64,000 bases of DNA from Diadema antillarum (Eukaryota): positions 5,828,001-5,892,000 of the forward strand of contig NW_027271017.1 of assembly GCF_040938485.1 (NCBI RefSeq). The letters run 5' to 3'. Position 1 is the stretch's first letter, and each line of letters opens with the position of its first letter. Below, piece after piece: positions 1 through 10,118 of the stretch. Under the pieces are notes generated by a model, which ran no database searches, was not told the origin of the DNA, and saw only the letters and a program-made list of their open reading frames with translations. The position numbers were made by a program, and so were the translations under genes.

Positions 1-1774
1 TTGAAACGTCTACCAGTATTATTCTTAAAATTGGCATGTTCACATTCCACTCAAGACTATTTCATTACTGTTCCTGCTCACTGTTTTGAGGGCAAAAACT
101 AGCCATGTTCATTTTCATGAAACGTAATGGCTGAACCATAAAGAATACAGCTGCACAATCACTGTAAAGAGCCTCACTGTTACATAATTCTGTTCCAAAG
201 CTTCTGCTGAAGATGGAAGATGGATTACTGTGTCAGGAAATACCAAAAAGCAGAGTCAACCATGTTGATTCAATACACTCTTGATCAAAACTACCATTAT
301 TACCAGCCCGTGCAACATTTTGTGGGTTTTGTGATTCATGGTCATAGCTACATGTAGCTCTGGACATTGCAAACTGTTTGACACTTCTCTAAAAATCTGT
401 TGAGTACTCTGTTGAGCAAGGATAGATGTGAAGCAATTTAACTTAAATTAGAACATTACATAATTACCTTTACTTCCCATTTAAAAAAGGCACAAATGGT
501 GAAATTTGAAGACAAAGTGATCATAATAAGTGTTATCTAATGCCCTGCTTCTCAACCAGTAGGCCGCGAAGCTCTTCTCAGGTTGGCCACATAAATGTCG
601 ACCAAAAATAAAGAAATATTTGTATTCTACCTTATTGAACCTAAAAAAATGTCTAAAAAATCATACGAGCCAAAGTGGGTCTTATGTTATAAAAGGTTGA
701 GAATTCAACCCTGATCTAAATGTATGACTACCAGTAACCAAAATGCTTGAGAGTCAGGAAATCAGAAACAGTATAACAAAACCTATAGGGGATGGGGGAA
801 GTGGTGTTATGTTTTTCCTGATATTTGTCGTTACCTTGTATCAAGAAATTTTCAAGTGTACATTCAAAGATATTAAACATGGATAATATTTCATGAAACT
901 GCAAACAGAGTTTAAGCAAGCCTCAGTTATTTTCCCACCTCAAGGAAAAGATTTGTGCAACACAAAGAATACCATTCTTCTTCCTTTGAAAACCTACTGA
1001 AATCTACCTACTGAATGAACTCAGAAAGCAAAAGCTGACTATATCCTACAGACAATGCACAGATTCAAAGGTGTAGCTTTTTTCATAGGAGCATTGTATT
1101 GATACATAGGCGGGATAAATGCCATACCAATGCAAAGTGACTCTAATACTTTTCTGTGTCATTTGAATGCTCTGCTTTAAAAAGATCAACAGTAATGACA
1201 ATCTATCAAATAAAATGTAAAATTCTACATCTCTCATGCACTAGCTTGCCTGCCCGAAACATTTTGGCCAAAGTCATTGTCAGCATTCGCTTGGCCTTAT
1301 AGCTACTGTTTGAGGTACGCATTCAGCACACGGCCACACTAGGTGGTTTAATTGACCTGTTTCTTCTATATATTCACCATTGTTTGGCGGTCTTTTCAAA
1401 CTTGAAGTGTGCCAATATTTCTTTCAGAGAATATCATAATTAGGCTAATTCGAAGTGATTCAACCTCTTCTTCAGTAGTAATGAATCCACTTACGATATT
1501 TGTTTCAGCTACAACACACTGTCTGCTGCTGTTAGATTGGTCCATTTTATATGTCAGAAAAAACTTCGCCAAATTTTCCGGAATTCATCCAGTGTGCTTT
1601 CATTACCGCAGACATCAATCGTATGAATTTTCTCCTCGGATTATCTTACAGCACATATGCCCAGTGTATTAACAGAGCTAGGATCATTTGATGGTTTTAA
1701 ATGCGTGTACTCATCTAACAAGTGAGAAAATATCATAAACATAGAGACGTACACACAGAAAAAAAAAATCTTAC

Positions 1775-4700
1775 CTCCTACAATGTTATTCTCCTCTAGA
1801 GAATGTATGCTTGTCAGATCACCCTCTAGACCGCGGCATTCATCCAATGCATCCATGAAACCTAGGTAAGTATCGATGAGCAAGAAGCAGGACTTCCCGG
1901 TCGGTTCATACACCCAGTCTGCAGGACATCTCTTCATACCTGAGTGTTCCCGTAGCCATTGGAGGACAAAATAAGACCAAAACCAAAGTAAAACAAAACA
2001 TTGTTGGCATCATAATGATAGAGCAGAACTCAGTCTAAAGAGATCTTATAAAACTCTGTTCCTACCAAACAAAATCCTTTCCTTTCTACTGGTTTTGAGT
2101 AACAATTATGATAAATTACTCCATTTAGTGAATTAAGATTCCCTTTACATTGGTGATGTTCATTATTTCGAGGGTTTGTCATTCTGAAACACATAAACTC
2201 CCAATACTTTGAGGTTTGTTCGTCCAAAAATGAAAAAGGGCTCGTTAATCCGAACATTTGTGGCATTATTCTGAAGGTTTGTTATTCTGAAGATTTATTC
2301 CCAAAATGAATATATGGTTCGTTATTTCAATGGTTTGTTAATCCGAAAATGAAATAAGGGTCTTTACTCGGAAGGTTCATTATTCCATAGGTTCATTATT
2401 CTAAAGGTTCGTTGATATAAAAACGAAATAGGGTTCATTGTTCCAGAGGTTCATTAAAGGGATAGTACAGGCAGTTTCTGTTGAGGTGGGGCTTCAGGTT
2501 TCCAACATTTTTCAATCATGATTTCTTTTAGATAATTATTGGTAGAAACCTCTCATGAAATACTGTATACGCTATATATTTCGCGTGGGTTTTATTTTCG
2601 TGAATTTCGCGAGTCGGGAGCTATTCGCGAAATTAACAACACGCGAAAATATTGCCTTCCAAAATGAATCCCTTGCCTTGATGATACGAACATTTCAGTA
2701 CTAGTATACCATGTCACGGCTTACCGAACAGATCATACTGGCTAAGCTTGTTTACGCACGTCCACGTCTACTTACGAATACTGTAGAGAGCCAATCCATT
2801 ATCGCAAGGGGACCACTCAGAAATCTAGCGCGATGGACTTAACCACTTCAAAAATGTTGAATTCTAACTTACTAGTTCGCAGAGTTTGGTAAGTTTTTTT
2901 TTCATGCAGTGTATAACTAGTATCATTCTTGTTTGCTAGTAAGTTGAAAATTCACACTTTCTTTGCCATTTCATATTTTCTCTGGTCTCCCAATCGCGAA
3001 TTTAACCACTCGCGAAAATGTGTGACAGCGGCAATTCGCGAAAATTTATGTACGCGAAAATCATAGCGTATACAGTATGAAGAAGTAGTGGCAGATCCAG
3101 AGGGGGGGCGCAACCGGCACACGCCCCCCTTTATTTTTCGTTAAAAACAAAAGAGATGGAAAGAAAAAAATGACATGAAACCCGGAAGTGGCACCAGAAA
3201 TATAAGTTGCGCCCCCTCCCCCCCCCCCCCCATTTACATAATTCCTGGATCCACCCCTGAGAAGCATATAATTCTAACAGGAATTCTAAGTTTATTTGAT
3301 GAAAATTGATATTTTGAAATGGCTGAGATAGCCAAGTACGAAGCAATCCTAATAATAGGTGGGACCCATGAACCTTTTCATAGGCATTGCATTGTTTTAC
3401 TTTGTTTTTGGATATCTCAGCCACTTCAAAACCGATTTTCATCAAATAAATTTTGAATTGCTCTTAGAATTGCATGCTCTTTAACATTTCAGAATGGTTT
3501 CTAAATATCTATCTTGCAAAAAGTTAAAAGCTGAATCCTCACCTCTGTCAATGCTATACCATCCCTTTATTCCAAATCCGAAAATGAAAGCTCCATACAG
3601 AGGATGGAGGGAAATTTTTTTTTTTCATCTCTAGAGTTGATACAGATATATATTTAATATCTAGTTAATACAGATTATGATTGTACATTCCACTTCATCA
3701 ACAAGTATGTGTATGTGTTTGTGTATTTATAAATGTCTCTGCATGCATATTTATGGGCGTGGGTGTGTGTGTGTCTTCCTCCTATCTTTGTAATAATTAC
3801 TGTATTCTGTCACTAAATGTTATTTCATTTTTTGGATTTCGAAATAACGAACCTTCAAAGTAATGAACCTTACTTCATTTTTGGATTAATGCAGCTTCAG
3901 AATAATGAACCTTTTGAATTACAAACTGTAACCCTTTATTCAATGACTGAGACCTACTGACTTCTGATTGTGACCTTTTAGCACAAAACCAAGGAAACAA
4001 ATGATGCCATGTAAGATATAGTTAAGGTTACATTCCGAAAGATTCTAAGCTAGATATAGTTAAGGTTACATTCCGAAAGATTCTAAGCTTTCGAGCAGGT
4101 AATACTGTAAAACATGATATATTCGCGGCACAAAATTTTCGCGAATTGGAGCCGACGGCCTTTTTCGTGGCAAGAAATTTTCGCGAATTGCCTCTTGCGT
4201 TCAATGCATATAGTGTAGATAAGAAATTTCGCATGCATTTTAATTTCGCGAATCTTGGCGCTCGCGAAATTCGCGAAATTAAAATGCACGCGAACATTTC
4301 TCGTTTTACAGTATCTAACGCACCACATTTGATGGTCCTATCCCATAAAATAGAAAAAGATATGATATATAAAATACAAAAAGATATGATATGGAAATAA
4401 ATTGTTTTTAAGAGAAAGGGAGGGGGTCAAAAGTTGAAGGTCCTAGTGCACTCATGAATCCCCATTCATTGTATGTAGACAAAAAGGGCAACGATTATTT
4501 GTTAAAACTTTACGGATGAAACTTCACAACTGTCATGCATGACCAAAAACTAAAATGAATAAATAAACAAACAGACATCACAGTTTTTCACCTAAAGTTT
4601 GGCATTTCACTGTGCAGGAATGTATATCGAGCTGTATTAGATGTTGTCTGTTAACAAGATACAGGAAAGAAAACATTGGCTCTAATTCTAGATTTGTGCA

Positions 4701-7700
4701 GAGTAAATGAAATACTGGTTGACTTACATGGAAATACCATCATATTCAGAGCTTCAACAACAAAATGATTTATTGTATGTACCATCTTCAAAGCACTCAA
4801 AATTCTTACATTCATAAGAGACCTCCAAAAACTTTCTGTCGCCCTGACAGGGGTCCCCAAACACTTCATTTCCAGCAACCACTTCGCACATCTGATTGCC
4901 GCGGCAGGTTGCTTGAACTACATCAACAGAGGTTGCTGCATGACATGCTGTGCTATGTGACGGCACACTTGAGCAGCTGTCTAGCTGTTCCGGCCAACCT
5001 GCATTCCCCCAGTGGCCGTAACTGGCAGAAATGACGTCTATGTATTCATCACTTTCACACTCTACGTTTATGGTTGCATTTTCGCAGGCGTACATGATTT
5101 CTGGACAAGAAGAAAATAGGACATACTCCATTAAGTTTGGAAATGGCTAGAAAATGCCATAAACCTCAGAATATTGTTCAATACAAGTATGTGTACAATG
5201 TTCTAAGCATGTTATCACTTTGAATTCCAAATCAAAACTATAAATGTATTTCAGCTACACCACACTGTTTGACCTCATTATACAGGTAAAATATCATTAA
5301 ATCACCATTTCACACAACTCGTGACACACAAAGAGACAAAGGAGAATAATAATTAGATTTTCTTAGTTACATTTTCTTTGTGTACGTCACTTTTTTATCC
5401 TAAATGCAACACTTTGACATATATGAGATCCTAAATGCAACATTTTGGATGTCTTTTTGCTTCATTGCATTCATTCATATAAGTAGGGCAACAGGATTTA
5501 GCCAAAGGCTGTTTTTCAACATGTCCATGCACAGATGAAAAAACATATAGGAATATACAATACAATACAACACAAAATGAGAAGAAAAAAAGAATTAGTT
5601 ACAACAAAAGAATTCACAAAATGGTGAATAATAACATACAATGTGATTCAAAAACGAAATAACAAAATAGATCATAGAGTCATACAATGAGAAAAAATGC
5701 TTAAATCTTAAATAGCTACCAAATATTAATAACAAACTAATGGTTTAAATCATGCTTATATAACTTTCATGTTTTGGTTCTGGATTAAAATCAGTTCATA
5801 AATCATTCCTCAGTTTTTCTTTGTAATGACTCACACTATTCTTTTTAAAACACTTTTTTTAACTGAGGTAATGAAAGGACTTGCAAACTGTTTCTGAAAT
5901 AATATGGGGTACATTTTTTAAATCTCAAATTTACTACACTGAGATAAGGCCTACATACGCTAGAGCTAAATTCACCAATATTCTATACTTGAAACATAAG
6001 GTATATAACGCTCAGCTCGTCTCTGTTTTAAAATATCAAGTGACAATGAATAATAAATGAGGCAAGTTAGATACATATTTTCAATGCACAAAACAGTCTT
6101 GAGCAATCTGTTTTGTAAGATTTGCAGTTTTTTAATATTCTTTTACTTCATTTTATTCAAAACTACAGCACATTCTAGTTTACTTTGCTCTGTCTTACAA
6201 AAAAGCAGTGCTGTTTCTTCTGAAAGGCAATGCATTACATTGCATTTTAAGAAATATAAAGTTCTCATCGACTCACCAACATTTGTATCCCAACTGAGAC
6301 AGCTATCAATAGATGCTATGAGATGTATGTACTAACCTGATCTATATTTGTGTTATCAATTTAAAGATTACCTGGTAAGCATCTTACCTTTGATTCTCTT
6401 TTGTGACCCAATCAACATTCTTACATATTTCTTTACATTTAATGCAACGTGATTACATGAAACCATTCTGAAATATTCTGTAAATCCCTATTCAATCTAG
6501 TCTCTATGTCCACAGGTGTGTCACCATGGCAATTGTAAATTGAATGATAACATTAGATTAATGATACTCAATTACAAATACATATGATTATGTTTAATAG
6601 CAATGTTAGCATTTCATTGCAAAAAAATACAAAAACCACACATTCTTTAGGCTCTCTAATGCTCTAAAAGTATTTCAAAGTTTGAGAGTGTTGAAAGTGA
6701 ACAGTAAGTAAGCACATGAAGTTGATTGTAGGTAACTACAACAACAGAAACATCTTGATGGTGATGTTGGCTAAACATTTTTTTTTTTTTATGATGGCTA
6801 AACATTTGATAATCAGTTTTGAATAAAAAGTCAAACAGTGTCTAAGGTTGATCAATCTTCAAGATTTGCTTGTACAAACAGGATTCATGTGATAAAGAAA
6901 AAAAAATCATGGATGCAAATCACGAATTTTTCTCCGACATTGGTTTGACAGTATTTTTGGCCAATATAGAAGACCACAGCTCACACACCATGACATTTCA
7001 AAAAGTTGCTTTAGTCTCACTTAATTCTGGGTTAAAAGAGAGTGGGGGGCAAAGTGGTTAGACCCTATGTATTACCGGTATGCAAAAAGACAGTTGCCGC
7101 CGTCCCCCCCCCCCCCCCCTTTTTCCGGTTGTGCTGGCCCTGGCCATGTACAAATCATGGTCTAAATACAAATCACTTTCAAACAATACAAAATATTGAG
7201 TTATAGGTTGCCTATTAAAATGAATATCATAAAACATATGTTGCCAGTCATCTTGAATATAATCTTGAATATCATTATTACGCACTTTCCTCTTGATGAC
7301 AGCTCAACTTCGGTAATCAATGCTAACAGTGATCGGCAGTATCATCAACAGCGCCCTCTACACTACTGGGACTATGCACCTTTAATCAAACAGACCCCAG
7401 AGCTACACAGTGGAATATTTAGCAGGATATAAATACAATTTACTTTTTACCTAAAGAAACTTATGGGAGAGCACAAGTTTCAGGAGTTAATTTGAAGAAC
7501 AGTACTACTAGTATCAATCTAGGTCTAACATTAGCCACATCACAATTCACATGTAGGACCTACCCATGGTACATCTTCAGAAGATTGTAACATAGCAAGG
7601 TTAGTAGAGGTTCAGTGTCACATGTGACTATCTGCTGTATTGATGTCACATGACTAGATCTACAAATTAAACTACTATACACACTAACAGTCATAACACA

Positions 7701-8945
7701 CTCATAACAGGTAGATTGTTCTGTTAGTGGTCACATTGATTTACTAGATCTGTGGACGTAGTAGTGTTACACTGTTGAGTGTTAGTAACAAGTTTAATCA
7801 CAGAATTTATAACAAAAGATTCTAGATGACCAGACCTGTAAATGTTACAGCATTCCAGACTTAGGCCATCCTGGGTTTATTTAGGGAGAGGGGGGCTAAA
7901 TCATTTTAGGGTTTCTAAAATCTAACAATTAACATCAGCACAGCTAGCCATATAGATACCCATATGTAATTTAGAATGGTCAACTTATGCTCTTTGCTAA
8001 AATTGAAAAAAACAAAACAAAGTAGGGTATAGATGTGTGTCATTAGTTTAGGTCTCGTAGTGCTTAAGTAGGTGGCTTTAGGGTTTAGGGTTAGAGTTTA
8101 TGGTTAGAACTATGTCTAGACATCTAGATTCTTCTTGTTAGATCTAATATTAGGGTTTAGTTTCTAACAGTTAAATCCAACGTTAGATTAACTAGGTCTA
8201 TACACAGTCCAGTCGCTTCGCACAGCGTCTGGTCTTGACCGACAAGTAGGCCTATGTCTAATTCCGCGAAAAACTTCTCATTTATTATAATGACATTTGC
8301 TGGGTCAGTTTTTCAGCAAATGTCGTTATTATAAATGAGAAGTTTTTCGCAGAATTAGACATAACATTACTTGTCGGTCAATGTCTGGTCGGTCTATTAT
8401 TTAATTGGTAATGCAAACGTGTTTCTAACAGTTAGATGGGTCTAACAGTATAGGGCTGGCCTACACACATCTAACGGTTAGAACTATATAGAAATCCCAA
8501 GTGTTTGTTACAGAGTATAGACCTACTATAAACATAGATCTACAGACTAGAATCTACAGTAAGTAACAAGTTTATAGGTCGACGGTTTTGTCTATGTTAG
8601 ATTTAGAAGACAGTATTGTCTAGACCACTTCTACCTGTTAAAATAACTATACACAGCCCAGTCGCTGTAAAAAGTTGTTAGATTCTAACGTTACACCAAT
8701 ACAGTGACTGGGTTGTGTATTAATGCTAGAACCTGTGTGTGAACAGTGTTATAGACTTTAGCCTATTAAACGTTAGGCGTCACCGGTTAGAATGTTGAAG
8801 AGCTATTTGTTAGAACGTAACGTCTTTTAGAACTTTTGCAGGCCTAACGTTAGTGTTAGAATACAAGTGAAAACTCTAGACTTCTACCTGATGCTACAGT
8901 ATCCAATAGAAAGATTATCAGCAGCATTGTTGCCAGAGCGGCCAT
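1775..8945 (-). CDS. Secreted lectin-domain protein (signal peptide + SUEL/Gal_Lectin domain + N-terminal half of a C-type lectin domain); 3' end uncertain
   Basis: Exon 8945-8888 encodes MAALATMLLIIFLLDTVAS(G), a hydrophobic signal peptide, with donor TCAG|gtagaa. Exon 5100-4810 (acceptor ttcttcttgtccag, donor GAAT|gtaaga) encodes YACEN..C....IDVISASYG...C...VVQATCRGNQMCEV.AGNEVFGDPCQGDRKFLEVSYEC, the SUEL cysteine pattern. Exon 1939-1775 (acceptor cactcag, donor GGAG|gtaaga) encodes CPADW...KSCF....YLGFMDALDECRGLEGDLTSIHSLEEN, a C-type lectin N-half. All junctions are phase 1, and the last SUEL Cys (T|GT) is completed across the 4810/1939 junction. Confidence 0.8.
2561..3077. mobile_element. 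TA-flanked MITE (Tc1/mariner-like), copy 1
   Basis: Termini TACTGTATACGCTAT and ATAGCGTATACAGTA; near-identical copy at 32950-33498. Confidence 0.85.
3086..3259. mobile_element. Short MITE with AGTGGCAGATCCAG / CTGGATCCACCCCTG termini (hAT-like ends)
   Basis: Imperfect terminal inverted repeats around poly-G and poly-C tracts; no clean target-site duplication. Confidence 0.55.
4014..4089. repeat. 38-bp tandem duplication
   Basis: agatatagttaaggttacattccgaaagattctaagct occurs twice (4014-4051, 4052-4089). Confidence 0.95.
4103..4313. mobile_element. TA-flanked MITE with TACTGTAAAAC termini, rich in TTCGCGAA
   Basis: Terminal inverted repeats TACTGTAAAAC and GTTTTACAGTA; a related fragment lies near 29850-29900. 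Confidence 0.8.
7024..7262 (-). repeat. Dispersed repeat, inverted copy of 9864-10118
   Basis: The reverse complement matches 9864-10118; the ORF track shows the same spurious peptide at 7058-7285(-) and 9719-10120(+). Confidence 0.85.
7280..7385 (-). mobile_element. Terminal fragment of the TTAA-AGGTGCATAGTCCC element
   Basis: Reverse complement of the left end of the full copy at 54083-54515. Confidence 0.8.
8235..8381. mobile_element. 147-bp foldback MITE with a near-perfect 9-bp target-site duplication (Mutator-like)
   Basis: Arms TTGACCGACAAGTA..TATGTCTAATTC(C/T)GCGAAAAACTTCTCATTTA..GACATTTGCTG pair almost fully around a 12-nt loop; flanked by CGTCTGGTC (8226-8234) and TGTCTGGTC (8382-8390). 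Confidence 0.75.
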
Positions 8946-9530
8946 AGTTAAAAGTCGGCAAAACTGTGAGTAAGATACACGCCCATCCGACGTCTTGACG
9001 ACACGTTCAGCGAGTTCCCCATGCAATACTATCTGTACGTGGTGTGGTGTTGTTGCCTGTGGGTAGAGGGGCCTAACACTAACAGTTACCAACAGGTAGA
9101 TAGAACCGACTCTCCTTCTCAGTCCGATCGGAAGTAAACCATGAAATTGCCAAGCAGGGGCCAACGTCCGGTATAACTCTTTGATTTAGACGTCGGCGTC
9201 GACCGTCGACGTCCTCCGTATTTGGATTTGTCTACTCCACATGCATTGCTAGTATCTACTAGGCGCATCGCTTGCCAGCGTCATGTGTCGTGTCAGCTCA
9301 GCGTACAGTAGGCTGGCTAGGCATACGTAGAGCGCGCCTAGCTGTACAACTGTACGGTCTCCTCGATCGCCACCAGTCAACCACACCACCGCCGCTATCA
9401 TTTGCGCTAGACACAATCAACTGTGCATTGGGAGTACATGCTCGTCGAGTTCAGTGGCAGAAGTAGGTCAAGGTCAATGCAACAGATGATAATGCGCGCT
9501 CACCGCTACGGTACTAAACTACTTATTAGT
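8946..9530 (-). promoter_or_regulatory. CpG-rich 5'UTR/promoter region of the lectin gene
   Basis: Local CpG enrichment directly upstream of the signal-peptide ATG (context aactATGG); the TSS is not resolved. Confidence 0.45.
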
Positions 9531-9863
9531 AGTAGTAGCCGCTGACTGGTGGGTGCCAACATTTTTGGGTCAGTCTTGTTTTACTGTCGCTGACCAATTT
9601 TTAAAAACTACAAATGTGTAAACCCCAAATGGTTTCACCTACAGTGTATTTTGAAGGTGCTGAATTCGAATCTGGATAATAAAACTCTTGCATCATTGAG
9701 GGTTTTAAGATATTCAAGATGGCTAGCAATAGGCCTATGGCCGAAAATGAAATTTATATATTTCCGTATTTAATCGGGGGAAAAAATGGGATTTATCATA
9801 TTATCATAATCCTAAATCCAAATCTGGATGATGACACTCTTGCATACAAGATGATTTTGTATG

Positions 9864-10118
9864 AGATAATATTCAAGATGGCCGCCAACATATGTTTTAT
9901 GATATTCATTTCAATAGGCAACCTATTTATAACTCAATATTCTGTATTGTTTGAAAGTGATTTGTATATAGACCATGATTTGTACATGGCCAGGGCCGGC
10001 ACAACCGGAAAAGGGGGGGGGGGGGGGGGGGGGGGCAACTGTTTTTGCATACCGGTAATACATAGGGTCTACCACTTTGCGCCCCCCCCCCCCCCCCTAC
10101 TCTTTTTTAACCCAGAAT
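9864..10118 (+). repeat. Dispersed repeat, partner of 7024-7262; related sequence extends to about 9640 and recurs at 11560-12230
   Basis: Shares the motif gcatc(a/c)ttgagggtttt(a/g)agatat..aagatggc with internal repeats at 11780-11960 and an inverted copy at 12140-12210. Confidence 0.75.

Larger units (their letters stand above)
2454..3570 (-). mobile_element. TTAA-flanked (Kolobok-like) non-autonomous element split by two later insertions
   Basis: Ends TTAA-AGGGATAGTACAG and CTATACCATCCCT-TTAT. Segments 2454-2560 and 3260-3570 join into a reverse-complement copy of the element at 31780-32170. Confidence 0.65.
2215..3933. mobile_element. Outer element with arms of ~17-bp subrepeats (ggttcgttattc(c/t)gaa-like), interrupted by nested insertions
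   Basis: Subrepeats at 2215-2453 recur in inverted orientation at about 3825-3933. Boundaries are approximate. Confidence 0.5.

Noticed and set aside
1-1640. Short ORFs that might be further lectin or receptor exons
   Set aside because: No CTL, REJ or GPS motif, frequent stops, and no convincing splice-site pair.
6388-6477. Open 90-nt phase 1-1 candidate exon in the lectin gene with a good donor (AAAG|gtaaga)
   Set aside because: The acceptor lacks a pyrimidine tract and the peptide has no domain character; the gene model works without it.
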